64,000 nt of DNA. It comes from Massalongia carnosa (lineage: Eukaryota). Both the position numbers and the translations under genes were made by a program. The notes below the pieces were generated by a model. It worked only from the letters and a program-made list of their open reading frames with translations, did not search any database and was not told the DNA's origin. Positions 25,374-38,600 of this stretch are shown one piece after another. Position 1 is the first letter of the stretch. Every line of letters starts with the position of its first letter. The DNA is taken from assembly GCA_965645245.1 (NCBI GenBank), contig OZ287084.1, positions 1,302,001-1,366,000 of the forward strand. Direction: 5' to 3'.

Positions 25374-26272
25374 ATGAAGCGATTCCTTGACTCGATCCTT
25401 CTAAGTCTCTGCCTTGTTCATGCCACTTCAACCTCGCTCAATGCTCCTGGTACTCCGATTCAGCGAGCTTCTCGAAGCAGTCGGGCCAATACATCATGTC
25501 CGTGGGTCTGGTGACATCTCGACAGAACTGACCAAAATATTTCTCGGCGCCGCACGTCTTACCATTCGAGCAACCTTCCACAGTGCGGGAACATGGTCTT
25601 AGAAGCTTGCAGATGCTGGCTGGGAGGGTGACGGAGCGGATGGAAGTCTCATTCTGACACAGGAATATAACCGCACCAACAGTTGGGGTCTGGCAGGCAT
25701 TTCCACCATCCTGCACATCATCGCCAGCGAGTACAGTGGGGGTGGCCGACATGATTCAATTCGCCGCTGCTCATGCCATTGTCACGTGCCCCAACGGACC
25801 ACTCGTGCAGAAATTTGTGGGGCGCATGGACTCGTCGGAACCTGCGCCTGAGGGACTCCTACCTGGCTCCAATACACCCGGGGATGAAGTCATCGCGAGT
25901 TTCAAGGACAAAGGGTTCAACGAGTTGGATTTGGCGCTGATGAGAGCGCACACAGTCTCTAGGCAGTTCTTCGCAGACCCGTCCCAGGCAGGAGTGCCGC
26001 AAGATGTTAGGCCGGGGCTGTGGGACGTCACATTCTACATCGAACAGTTTTCGCCATCACCAGGGACCTTTCGCTTCCCCTCCATGAGCGATCTCAGCGA
26101 GCATCCCAACGTAGGCTTGCGGTTTCGCATTTTCCTCATCAATCCCGGGCAGTGGAGTGACGACTTTACCGACACAATGACACGGTTGTCAGTGCTAGGC
26201 GTTCCAGGAGGGACCAAGGGGTTGATTGATTGTACGGAAGCATTACCCCCGAGAGTGGTTGGAAGTGGATAG
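25374..26272 (+). pseudogene. Secreted class II (plant-type/fungal) heme peroxidase, multiply disrupted
   Basis: Signal peptide MKRFLDSILLSLCLVHA; distal IRATFHS, GADGSLIL, ADMIQFAAAHAIVTCPNGP, VGRMDS, proximal AHT and PGLWDV motifs. TAG at 25600 and frameshifts near 25510 and 25740. Confidence 0.85.
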
Positions 26273-26544
26273 TGGAGAGATTCGAGTGTGGTGTGGGAAG
26301 CGGGCGAGCCGCCATTGAAAGGGTGAGATGGTACACTGTGGTGTAAGGATGCGTATTCTGATCTTATGCTTGGCTCAATATTTTACCGGAGTCCAAAAGT
26401 AATAGCAATTATTTTGACTCTGGCATTGACTGGAATAGGACAAAACGTAGCCGTAGGACGATGAGGATGAAAGATGTCGTTTCCCCATCCCCTTCCATCT
26501 ACTAATTGAATGTTTTTGCCTCTGAAAACTCCCAGTACTTCAAC

Positions 26545-28138
26545 ATGAAACCAAAAACGAGAGTGATCATCGATACCGATCCGGTGGGGCATAACTTCGA
26601 TATGCTTTTGCCCATCATTAGAATCGTTGCTAAACCTTACAGGGCGTGGACGACGTACTCGCTCTTCTACTCGCCTTCTCGTCCAGCCCCGAAGAAATCG
26701 AAATTATTTTGATTTCCGTGACTTTTGGAAACATTGATGCCCAAAAGTCCGCGTCCAGTTATCTCAATCTCAGACCGAGCTGACCGTCTCTCCAGCTGTC
26801 TTCGGAATGTTGTTTCCATGTTTCATGTCATTCAGAAAGAAATCCATTGGCGTCGAGAACAGGGCATTCCCGAAGGGTTCGAGACGCTTCAGAAATACAA
26901 GCCAATTGTGGCAGTTGGCGCTGAAGAGCCTCTCGGAGACCTTAGGGAGATGGCCGCGCATATTCGTGAGTGTGGAACTTGATACCGATATCTCGAGATG
27001 CTTATTATATGCATCCTAGACGGCCATGACGGACTTGGGGGCGTGCATAGCAGTGTAATTCATCCTTTTAGGCTATATTCTATACCTGCTAACAAGCCAG
27101 CACCCCCATCACAGCTGCCCAGAAGAGAACTGGAAAACCCTTTTTGATCGACCCCCATCCGACACTCTTCTAACCACCTCAGCCCTGAACGCCGCCCACA
27201 CGGACCCAAGCATTCCCAATTCCCTATTCATCCCCTCTAACAAGCCCTCTCACCTTGAGATTCTCCGACTCCTTGAGGAAAACCCTCCAGGAACTATTAC
27301 CATCATCGCCATCGGACCTCTCACCAACCTCGCCCTCGCAGCCTCCCACTCGCCCACCACCTTCCTCCGCGCGAAATCCGTCCTTGTCATGGGCGGAGCC
27401 GTCACAGGTCCTGGGAACGCAACCCCAGTGGCCGAATTTAACACCATGGCCGACGCCCCAGCTGCGGCGCGTGTCTTCGCTCTGACGTCGCCGAATCCGG
27501 CCACGACTATGCCTCCCTCCCCACCTCCGGGTTCGCTCAAAGTTACCGACGGCGGAGGACCGCAACCCACGATTCTTCCCCCGTACCCGCAACTGGAATC
27601 TCTCGGGCCCACACGCCTGGATCTCATCCTCTTCTCCCTCGATATCACCGAGCAGCACACCCTTCGCCGCGACGAATTCACCGCCAAGACTCACCCTCTG
27701 GTGGAAAATGGAAGTCCGCTGGCCGAATGGACGACCGCGTTCCTAACCACCATGTTCCGCACCATGGAAACGCTCCTTCACGGCCACGGCGGCGGAGCTA
27801 CATCCCTGAGTCTCCATGATCCGCTATGCGTGTGGTACGCCCTCACCGCCGAGCATCCTCCCCCCGACGACGACGAAAAAGAAGACGAAAAACAAGGAGG
27901 AAAGTGGCAGATCACCGCCCTCGAAGATATCCGCGTCGAAACGGCCGGCCAGTGGACGAAGGGGATGTGCGTGATCGATCGCCGACGCCGGAAACGGGCC
28001 GAAGACGGCGAAGGCGGTGTTGTGGGCGATTTGGGCGGCTGGCTGGATCACGCCGGTGGAAACCGCGTGCGGAGGTGTGTGGGGACCCCCGGGACGAGGG
28101 CGTTGGCGGGCGTTTTGCTGAACCGGGTGTTTGGATAA
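26545..28138 (+). CDS. Inosine/uridine-preferring nucleoside hydrolase family protein, multi-exon
   Basis: IIDTDP|GVDD split by intron 26584-26642; VTFGN, DGLGG, AIGPLTNLA, MGGA...GNATP.AEFN and LHDPL motifs. Confidence 0.92.
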
Positions 28139-28881
28139 GTTAGGGGAATGGGACGAAGGGGGAGAGGGGTTTATTTTTTTACGAGCAACGAGCTCTGTTC
28201 GTAGAAAATATCCAACCACAATTCCCGAGTCCTTGCTATTTTTTATTTTTCTTCATAAATTTCGCCTTTCCTTTTTCCCCATCTCCGTCTCCCTTTCCTC
28301 TCGCATTTTCAGCTCCAAAAGTGGGTATTCTATATCGATATTAATATTAATCTCAACACCAACATTTTCCATTTTTCAACCTTTCTTTGCCTGGCTTGCT
28401 TACTTGCTTATATACATACAACCTATCTCCCTTAGTAGTCTTTATTTTCTCTTCCAAAACTCGGTTTGCTGTTTCTCCGAACCTTGCAGCAGCAGCAGCA
28501 GCGTGATAGTAATAATCATAACAACAACAACAATAATAATGATAAATGCATCATGATGATAATGATGATGATGATGATGGCGGTAAATAAATAAGTTAAC
28601 AATGTAAAATTTAATAAAAAATAAAATGACAGAAAAGAAAAGAAAAGAAAAGAAAACGGGATAACATGAACTGAGCCGAGATGAAAGAAGAAAATTTCAT
28701 TATGATGATGATTGACAAGAGAAACGAAAGTCGCGATATAGGAAAATGGAGAAACCTGCATGTCTGTCTGCCTGCCTGCCTGCCTAACAGCTAGATATTC
28801 CAAACATCAAGGCCGAACCTCTCGGGATTCCCTCAGCCGCTCTACTCCTCCAACTTTTCTCCCTTCCTCACAATCCCTATC

Positions 28882-30156
28882 CTATTCTCTCATCCCCTCT
28901 TCCCCCCCCCCCCCCTTTCCCCCTTCCCCCCCATTAAACGCCCTCAACGTCCCCAAAAGCGCCTCATACGTCTCCGCCGCGCCCGTGGCCCCCTTCCAAT
29001 CCCCACACACCTTCGCCCTCACCGCGAACGCCCTCGCCGCCTCCTCCTCGGCCTCCAGCAGCGCCTGCATGTACCGGAACGGCTGCGCGCCTGCGCCTAC
29101 CTCCGCCTGCTTGTCCAATTCCAATTCCCTCGTCTTCGTCCCCACGATCGGCATCGCTAGCCCCGCCAGGGCCTGTTTGACGGTCCCCATAGCGGCCTCT
29201 AGCGTGGGTACGTCGAGCGAGCTCGGGTGGCGGCGGAGCCAGTGCGCTGCTAGGAGGTGCACGAGGAGGCGAAATCCGTTCTGGTTGTGCGAGCGCGATG
29301 CGCCGAGCGCGGCGGCCTGATTTAGGAATGTGGCTGCGAACGCGGCCGGTGCGCCGCAGAAACTGACGTCGTCGCGCGCGACTTGCCCGGACCAAGGCTC
29401 GCTGAGGGGGTGATGCCCAGGCCGGGAGTGGAAAGGTTTGATGATGAGCAGGTCGCGGGCGAGATTGTGCGCGATGGTCCAGCCCGTGACGTGGTCCCGT
29501 TCTGTCGCTTGCTGGTCGTCGACTATCCCGATGAGGGCGAGGACCGGGCGCGAGGTCGGGCTGCGGGTTTGCCCGCTGACGAGGTCCAGGAGTTGGCGCT
29601 TGGCGGCTTCCGAGGGCGCGGCGAGGATGTAGTCGATCACATCGTGGTCGAGCGGGTCGCCGTGCTGAATGCTCTCGGCCAATTCCCTGCTGATCCATTG
29701 CTTGCGCTCTCCCTCCGTGGGCTGCTCGGTCTCGCCTGTGGGCATGCCGTCTGCATCCTCGATGTCGCGGCCGGAGTAATACCATTTCTCGCCAAGGTAT
29801 TCCTCCAAGCCCGCGCGAGCCGCGATCGTTGCATCGCTTTCTGCGTCCAGCGGGACTTCGTGCGCCAGTTCCTCGTAGACATGGCGCTTGTGCTCCTCGT
29901 TCGTGTCGTCAACGTCCGCGAACAGGAGCGTGCCGGGGATGGCAAAGTGGAAGATGGGAGACCATTTCTGATCCTCGTAGGCATCGTGGAAGGTCTTGTT
30001 GGGGTTTATGAGACGCGGCGGGAACGCTTCGGAAGGGAATAGGTCTTCACGGACGGAGGCTGCGGAGTGGCAGACTAGTGCGTAATCGTTGGTTTGGGCG
30101 AGGAAGACGCGGTCGGGGACGAACCAGCGACGGGCGGTCGCGGTCGTGAGAGACAT
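28882..30156 (-). CDS. Hypothetical protein, 424 aa
   Basis: Long intronless GC-rich ORF with natural composition; no family recognised. Confidence 0.65.
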   Translation of the reverse strand: MSLTTATARRWFVPDRVFLAQTNDYALVCHSAASVREDLFPSEAFPPRLINPNKTFHDAYEDQKWSPIFHFAIPGTLLFADVDDTNEEHKRHVYEELAHEVPLDAESDATIAARAGLEEYLGEKWYYSGRDIEDADGMPTGETEQPTEGERKQWISRELAESIQHGDPLDHDVIDYILAAPSEAAKRQLLDLVSGQTRSPTSRPVLALIGIVDDQQATERDHVTGWTIAHNLARDLLIIKPFHSRPGHHPLSEPWSGQVARDDVSFCGAPAAFAATFLNQAAALGASRSHNQNGFRLLVHLLAAHWLRRHPSSLDVPTLEAAMGTVKQALAGLAMPIVGTKTRELELDKQAEVGAGAQPFRYMQALLEAEEEAARAFAVRAKVCGDWKGATGAAETYEALLGTLRAFNGGEGGKGGGGEEGMRE

Positions 30157-31599
30157 GATGCTTAAGTTGAAGAGAGTCGATAGGTGTTGGTTTGCGAGGG
30201 ATGTGCCTGAAATGCCTGAGTACTGAAGCGCGAGGGATGATGTCTGATACCTGAGAAGTTGGAAAGTAAAAGGATCGATAATGTTGTAGTGATGATGAAC
30301 CCAAAGTATATATACTCTTCGAAACCTCTAGCTCTGAGTCCCTCCCCCTCGAATGAAGACAAAGAAACGACCGGAACTGACTCATTGTTTCCTTCACAAG
30401 ACATGACAACAAACCCAATGTGCGACACCTTTATCGAAATCCACAGTCAATGATTCCCAAATCCCCTTTTCTCAGAGCCACGGGAAAGGAGTGAACAATA
30501 CATGCCCAGTCAAAATCAGACTTGCGAGCTGTATTCTTGAGGTCTTGACCTGGTTTGCTGTCACTAAGCCGTATGAAAATCTTACTCTCCCACCTCTTTG
30601 AAGACTTGTAGGGGGGAATAATGATGCGGTGCTTTCAACTCATGATTCCTGCATTCACCAAGCCATATGCCGAAACTTTCTTAGATATGACGTATATTCC
30701 TGAACAGTATTCCAGTGCTATCCAAACAAACCCCGCTTCTGAATCTTTGCTAGCTCCTTTGGGGAGCGAATGAATTTATACTAGGTTCCAAATTAAGAAA
30801 GAGACGTTCGAGCTCACCGTAGAGACCGCGAAGTATGGCTTCTCGTGTACGGAGTCTTAAACGTGAGGTGGAAGAAAAGTGAGTACACATTCTGAGCTGT
30901 CGCAGTAGGAAATACAAAGTAAGAAGCGGAATCCACAAGTACCAAGTTGCTGTGAGAAGGGTGAGTTTTTTCCCTCATTTTTTGAACCTACTTTCGTTGA
31001 GTCTAGATAACTTGACAATCATCAAGCATTTCGTGAAGCAATTGAAAGCAAATAAATCAGAAAGCAAAACGCAGATGAGAGTAATCCAATAGTTACCTAA
31101 TTTGCTTCTCTCAATACAACGTAGCTTGTTAGTTATAGGTGGCTTTCTCTCCTAGGAATTGCCTTCCATTCTGAAAGGGACTGAGGCACAATCAAAAGGT
31201 CTAGAGCTTGTTTTTAATCTTCATGACCAGTACCCTTAGGGGATCAGGAAGACATTTCGAAGCTGCTGCAGTCGGCGAGACTGCTTTCAACCGCGACGAT
31301 ACTCCACATCGAGATTGCAAGAACCAGCCCATTGTAAAGTCGCATCTTTCCAGCAAAATTTACGCGATTGTTCCCGTCAGTTAGCAGCAGACGGGAGGAT
31401 AAGTAACTGTTTCCTCTAAAACATGGACGTATCCGTTTCAATCCGTTCTCCACGGTAAAGGGTTCCCAGTTAGGGCATTGTAACATGTGATCATTTGTCA
31501 ATCTGGCTGCTGATACAATATTGTGTCGTCGTCCCAAAAATTTCGAGATCATCCACAAACATTTTCGATTCTCAAAAACTGTTCATCGAGATGGCAAAC

Positions 31600-31882
31600 A
31601 TGCTCCTCCCTCCACTCTCCTCTTCTCCGCCTCCTTAATCGCCTCCATGCCTACGGCTTTCAGAGCCGCCCTCAACTTAGAACCCAAGAGACCAACCAAT
31701 GCAATAGCGCTTGCGTCGTAGGCGGCATCCCTTTCCAAAAGAGAGTCTGTGCGTTGGAGAGCGGCTATTGCCCATACAGTCCAAACTCCCCGCAACAAAC
31801 GAAGCCAGGTGGTGATGTAGCCCCTTTGGACGATGGGTACTGCACGGCTTGCGCCTGCCCGAACGACAAATCATCTAATTAG
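31600..31882 (+). pseudogene. Small secreted Cys-rich protein, frameshifted
   Basis: Signal-like STLLFSASLIASMPTAFRAALNLEP in one frame, mature-like NQCNSAC...VC...YC...YCTACAC in another; two single-base shifts needed. Confidence 0.5.
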
Positions 31883-32940
31883 GGTAGTTTACCGCTAATC
31901 AACAGCAATCGCCTTGCTGCCTCCACAAGGTTCTTCCGCCTACCTCATAACACTTTGGCCAGCCAGATCGCACTGCTTTTGATAGCCCTCTCTCTCTTTG
32001 GCGACCAAGAAGGTTCTGGGAGGTCGACTGAACTCAATCTTTCGAAAGTGGGCAACTCTTTAGCTGCCGACGGTTCACTCAGTGGAGGGGGGGACACTAA
32101 AGTATTTTTTAAGAAACTTTGATATAAAATCAAGGTCACATCGCGAGATAAGTCAGAGAGGTGATTTCTTGGAGTAGATACTTGGTAGCAAACCCTAGCC
32201 TTGATGATAAAAAGCGCCATATCTAGAGCATGAATGCTTGGATTGTTAGTATTCCATTGAGCTAAGGTTAAGATAAATAGCTATCATTGAAACCGGTGTA
32301 ACAGTCTACCGTTTTGAGAAGCCTGTTAGTAGCTCACTACAATTGTAGGTCAGGAGACTCACCAAGCCTAATTCAAAGTACCTCCGTATCTAACGGGATC
32401 AGAATCATGAGCCCTCATCCTTATACAATCCCTTAAAGGTCGAGTTACAACATGGGAAAGTCGTGAATGCTGGCTTTCTGGTAATGACGCGTTTAGTTGG
32501 TCAATAGAATGTTGGTAATCGGAATGTAGGTGATTAAGGGGTATCGGATGGCAATGTCCAGTGATGGAGTGAACCATTTTGGAGTGAAAAAATCCTGGCT
32601 GGAATTGTTGAGAATGCTTACGTCCTCATCTCTCATTGGAATCAAAGTTTTTCTTATAGAGTAGCAAAGGCCCTATATCAATCCACGCGTATAGAAAATA
32701 GCATCCAAAATCAAAATGGGTTGTTTTACTCAAAGATTTGTCTTGAAAAGAAACGCATTAAAGAAGGAAGCTAGTTCTTGGGCATAACATGTGAGAAGTG
32801 CATGATGATATCAATCCTTAAGACTACTTATATAGAGCACTCTCATACATGCCTTTGTGGACGCTTTAAATCATTCATTCGTATCTTACAGAATGCTGCA
32901 TCAAAGAATCAGTAAGGCTGCTATGTGATACCGCGATAGT

Positions 32941-34683
32941 ACGAGGTGATATTTTAAAGTATTCGGAATGGCCACCGTAGTGGCCACCGTAGTCTTGAAG
33001 AACATCATATAAATATGCAAATTGATGCTATTCATGACGACGAGATGTATAATTGCTACCTTGATTAAATGATAAAACATGTTATCCATGAAAAGTATTA
33101 TCACCTTTTGCGTCAATTACTTGATGCACTCTTTTCATTTCATTGAGAATAAATGGATTAATATCCTTCTCAATGTCCAATTTCTTCCATTCATCTAACC
33201 ACGTCAACTCCAATTCATGTCTGCCTTTGATAAAAGGTCTTCGATCACTGCTCCGTCGTTTCATAAGGTTCCAGATGTGTTCAATGGGATTGAGATCCGG
33301 ACTGTTTCCCGGCCAATCCAATATTACAATGTCTTGCTCGATGAACAAAGGCTTTTGCCATTGAGAAGTATGATTGGAAGCACCATCCTGCATCAAAAGA
33401 GCTTGAGGACGTGTTTTTTTAAACATCTGATAGGCTGGAAGAAGTAAAGGCCGAAGTATACAATGTTGATATCGATACTAATCGATGCCTCCCGATTTAG
33501 AACGAGCACAGGGAGTCCAATGATAATAACCTGGATACGATAAAACAATAGTTCTTTGACGTTGTTGACGAAGCAGCTCCGCTTTTCGAGTCTCATGTGC
33601 TTTCTTTTGTATGACTTTTCGTATGACATCGAGAGCAGCAAGTTCTTTGATTGAGTCTTTTCTTTCCTGAGAATTTTCCTTTTGATACACGTGACAGAGA
33701 CCTTTCCAATTCAATGCGACAGCACCCCAAAACATGAACGTCGAATAACCAGAAAAGGGTTTCTCACAGAATTCCTTTTTCCACTCTTCATTCTTCGTAC
33801 GAGTCACATGAATTGAACCATATGTTTCTCCCGATTTCACCGACGTCTCATCGGTAAATATCACAAACCCCCAGCCCGATTTATCCGTAATATCCCAATC
33901 CTTCTTTGTTATACACCAATTCAATCATTTTTGTCTCATTTCGAGATTCAAATTGGCCTTGTGACGAGGCGAATATCAACCGTATCCTGCTTGTTGAAAG
34001 GCTTTATCGACGGTTGATTTGGAACCTTGAACTTCACATTCTCGAGCAACTTTCATCCAAGTGGCTCGTCTCTATTCGTACGTGGAAGAGGCCAACGCTA
34101 ACATGCTATCACTTTGATCTTGATGTAGCAAAGGAGGCCTACCAGATCGAGAACCGGGAGCCGTATTGTTAAGATGAATGCAGTTATCATGATGAATTTG
34201 GGCCTGTTTCTCCGCATGACGAGCTATATCTGAAATGGTTGATACTGGAACTCCCGTACGGGCTTGAAGTTCTTTTAAAGGTAATCTTTGAAGATTTCGA
34301 GCATAACTTATAGCCCCACGAGTAGATGGACTCACTTCACGACCTCGCCTTTGAACTGGCATAATATAATTGAATTAAATGTATGACTGTGACGAAGCGA
34401 GATAGTGAATAGATTTCTACCATTGCGCCACCTGTCCTTCCCGACCAAAAGGCACAATACTTAGTCCGCAGACCAAGCTCTATTCTACTATAACTGGGAC
34501 TCCTGCTATGTTCACTGTAGGTCCTGCCGTCCGCACCACGCTTGGTCGAACCGTTACAATGACGATGTTTCGATGTTGCTAAATAACTACTATTTGCAAA
34601 AAGCCTGGACCCCTACGGTAACCATACGGCGTGCAGTTGCACTAGGGTAGTGCATTCCGAATACTTTAAAATATTAACTATTG
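32941..34683 (-). mobile_element. Tc1/mariner DD34E DNA transposon, decayed
   Basis: Perfect 22-bp inverted repeat ATATTTTAAAGTATTCGGAATG at 32949-32970 and 34653-34674. Transposase fragments 34362-33082: HTH, GRP, IFTDET, QDGA...WPGNSPDLNPIE (34 residues D to E). Several in-frame stops. Confidence 0.9.
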
Positions 34684-34879
34684 ATCTGTCGGTAGGGCGC
34701 TTCAGCCAACGCCGTTTCTGGTGGATTTCTTACTTAGTTAAGTAGGCAGGTACATAACTCTCTATCCACCAGATGTCAAGCAGCAAATTGACCGAATCTC
34801 ATCTTTCTGCTATCCGAATAAAGTCTGCATCGTCCTGTGTTTGCTCTTCCACGATTCTTGTCTCATCAGGCTATATCTT

Positions 34880-35640
34880 GTGATGAGCCCAAACAACCCG
34901 ACAAGGCTCTGAACCACATCGTTCCAACGATATTTATGCTGGAGGCTAGCTGATGAGTGTCTTCATAGCTAAGCCATGGACTGTGGATAAGCATTATCTG
35001 CTTCGAAAACGATCCCTTCCACTGCTTTGATGAAAGCAGATCTTCGATGTTCTTTGATTGTGCCCCAAATGCACGAAGGCTGGAACAAAATCAAGATCAG
35101 CTCAGACCATCCTCTCAATCATGTACGCGTCATATAATCGGATCGGCTCAGCTCGGCGTTCATGTTGACGACGAGACTCGTGCGAAGATATGAACAATCA
35201 AATAATGTGTGGATAACGTTGTTGTCATCAAAGTTAGCGGTAAACATGTTCCGGAACCTGGCTTCTTCTAGAAACGGAAGCTGATGGAGTCACCCCTCTC
35301 GACTTGCCCATGCAAGTAGTTGATCGCGATTCTAGTGATGGCCTATACGTAGAAGCACCGAGTCTAGTTAAATCTTTCGATGGAACGTACTTTCTCTTCT
35401 TCGGCAGTGAGTGCTCTCTCACGCAGGCGTACAAAACCTAGTATGCAACCGCTACAACTCTCCTGGGCCCCTATGTCAAAAGCAGCGTTCCCCTGCTTTA
35501 GACTGGCGATAACAATGAGTCTTTAGATGGCCGCCGACGTCAGCCCCGACGAGACCAGGATGGGTTTCCGCAGCAATAAGGTTCCCAGCAATATCACGGC
35601 AAGGCAGATGTGGACTTTGAGCCTGGAGTTCAGAGATAGA
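34880..35640 (+). pseudogene. Glycoside hydrolase family 43 remnant
   Basis: Frame from about 35270 reads ETEADGVTPLDLPMQVVDRDSSDGLYVEAPSLVKSFDGTYFLFFGSEC...YATATTLLGPY...TGD, with TAG at 35439 and 35499. Boundaries approximate. Confidence 0.65.
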
Positions 35641-38600
35641 ATGGTGTTATTGGCGGATCCGCCTCAGCCAGCAAGACCTCCGGGAATAGCTGAAACAGAG
35701 GGGCAGTTACCGAATCAACTAAATGAGATTGGCCACACGCTCTTGATCGGGGGCTAGGAAATTATCAAAAAAGCGAGTAGCGCGGAGCTAAACCTTCTCG
35801 AGGATTATTGGATGATACCTCTTGACGCCGTTAAATACTTGATGTCACCGCCATCATTAGGCAATGTAAATAGAAATCAGCCTAGTTGGCACGAATTTTC
35901 CCTCTCAAGAGGCACTAAACCGTTCTCCTAGCGGACTCACCTTTGATTCGAGTCCAAATGGGTCCCCGTTGCCACCTGTTGGTTTGCCACCTGCAGGCAA
36001 TGATGGGTACGGCGGAGAAGCCGGTGAAGGAGCTGGAGGAGGAGCTGGAGGAGGGGCGGCAAGTTAAGGCTTGAAATCAAACGAGAAGAGTCGACTCGAG
36101 AAGAGCCCCACAGCAAGTTTACTCGACTCTGCAACTCCCTTTCCTGCCGACATGTCCTCCGATTTCTTGCCGGCCGACCATTCCTCCTTCGAAACCCCAA
36201 ACTTGGAATGAGAATCTGTTCGGTATCTGGCTGGGCTGGGTCTGTCCACGAGGCCGTGTGACAAGAAGCGAAGTCCTGGATTCTCGTTTTCACTTGCAAG
36301 GATAAGCGACGACCTCAGCGCGTATGTAAATTCTCTGGAGGGAGGATGTCGGTCCCATGAAATTGGTTCAGTATTGGAACTCGTGGATTAGCTAACTATT
36401 TGGGATTTGGTTATTGTGCAGCGAGGTCCGAGGGATGACCGAAAAGGGAGGTTAGGAGGAGGAGTATTGACCGATTGCTTAGAAGTAGTGCCTTTAAGTC
36501 TATATCATTCTGTGGAATTCGTGTTGTATTTCTCTTCATCGCACGCCCCTTTTTTTGGTTTCACCATCACCGGTATAAAATACCTGGGCAGAACACATCT
36601 GAGTAGAGTTAGATTTTTATTGCGCGTATGGAGACCAGTCTCAGGCTCTTCGAAAGACAGATAAGTACATAACATAACCAAATAACTAGCCTCCAAAAAC
36701 GAATCGCTATTGCTAGACTTGCAGACTCAAAGTTTACTCTTCACCCACCCACTCACCTAACCATCTCCTTTGTCTCCAAACTGAAGCTGAATGTGAAGCC
36801 GAAGCTGCTGCCGCGCCGTGTTTGTTTGTGAGTTTGTTTTGCCTCCTGTTTGCCTACCCACGTACGGTTTGGGCAAACGGAAGGCAAAGTAAGACAAGAC
36901 TCGGGATCTTGCATAGCAGAGAAGGTTAGATATGCATGCCGAAAGGGAAGGGGGGCTTTGTTAGTTCGTTTCATCGCGGACGAAACTTCTCTCTCTTCTT
37001 TCCCTATGTTCATTGATCAAGGGAAAACAAAAAGGAGAAAGAAAAAAAAGTTTATGGCAAACATTACCCGTTATCCCTTTTGCACGAATTCCAAACAGCG
37101 ACAATTTCCTACTCTTCAATCCTTACCCTCCTCTCTTTTAAGTTAACCATCCAGTGCACCTCTTTTCCCTACATATCCGGCTCCCCAACCTTAAATAACC
37201 GCCATCGACACGTTTGCAAACCCACCTATCGCTTCAATCATCTCATTCTAGCCAAAAAGCGGGAAAGGAAAAGCAGACAGTTACATGTCTTTCTCCCCTT
37301 GCCCCCAGCTTTCGGAAAAACCGCATCTTCATTCCCCGTCTTCAAACCTACGTCCCTGCCCCCGCCGTAAAGCCGCCATCGGCGCCGCCTACTTCCTCAT
37401 CGAAAACCAACAACCACCACCCCTTTCCCAACCCCCCCTCCCAACCGCTCCTACCGAGTCCGACAGCCACCCAACCGAACCATCGCCTCAACCTACCCAA
37501 CCACCCTCCCAAACCTTCAATCCATCATCCCACCCTTTCCGACCGCCTCCCCGCCATACAACCAGTCCCCCCCCCCGCTCTCGCGACCATTCTCTCGGCG
37601 CAAGCAGTAGCAACGAAAGCTCCGTGTCCGATTTCGCGGCCGAGGTTCCGCAGCTGCAGCGGCGTGGGAGGAAGCGGAAAGTGGCGGGGGAGACGATGAT
37701 AGTGGAAGGGGAAAAAGAGAGTGAGAAGAGGAAGAGGAGGAAAAAGAGAAATGGTATGTGGAGGCTTGATCGGGAGGATTGGAGGCTGATTCTGGGAGCT
37801 AGTGGGCGAGGAGGGGGGAATGTAGTAGGGAAGGAAAGGGAAGGGGGGTAAGGAATAGGGCAATTTAGACGAAAGAACAGTCTAAGAAAAACCAAATCAG
37901 AGCCTTTTGCCTAGGCAATTCTTCCGTAGCCGTTGTTGGCTCTTCTTCTGCATTTTTTTGCTTTCGGCTTCGAAACCAGAGGACTTCATATCCTCTCCCT
38001 TCTCAGCCCTTCCATTATTTTCTGAACTTCCTCATCTTTCACCCACTTTGGTTCCTTCCTAGGCTCCTACTCCATAACTTCCCCATATACGTACTTGTGG
38101 GAATTAGAGTAGCAAAACCCAAGAAAAGGGATCTTTGGAGCTGAAGATTGCAATAAGATCACTTCGAACGATGCTAATGGCGGCTCATGTAGTATATGTG
38201 GATAAAGTAATCGTTGCAGATCGTAAGCTATAATGGTCGCCTTGTCGTTATTTGTTGAATGCCGATTCAGATATTTCCACATCTTCATTTGATGCAGCAG
38301 CACAAACATGGATAGTTGTTTAAAAATCCTGAATAGGTCAGCAACACACTACAATTAGTTCTAATCAGATTCTTCCCTACCTTTAACTTCATCTGCACAA
38401 TTTTCTGCATGGTAATGTTTCTGAATAAACACTCAAAGTTTCCCGGTTCCGCTGCTCTATGCCTCCCTTCTCTTAGAAGATCTCCCAGAAGGCTGAAACA
38501 CGGGACATTGTCAAGAATCAGGATATCCATAGGAAAGTTGTGGAACCTCATACATAATAGACAATGATTAACCCGATGGCGGCCATCCCGCCCAAGTTTC

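Noticed and set aside
36750..37900. Overlapping Pro/Arg-rich ORFs
   Set aside because: Low-complexity purine/pyrimidine tracts; no consistent gene model found.
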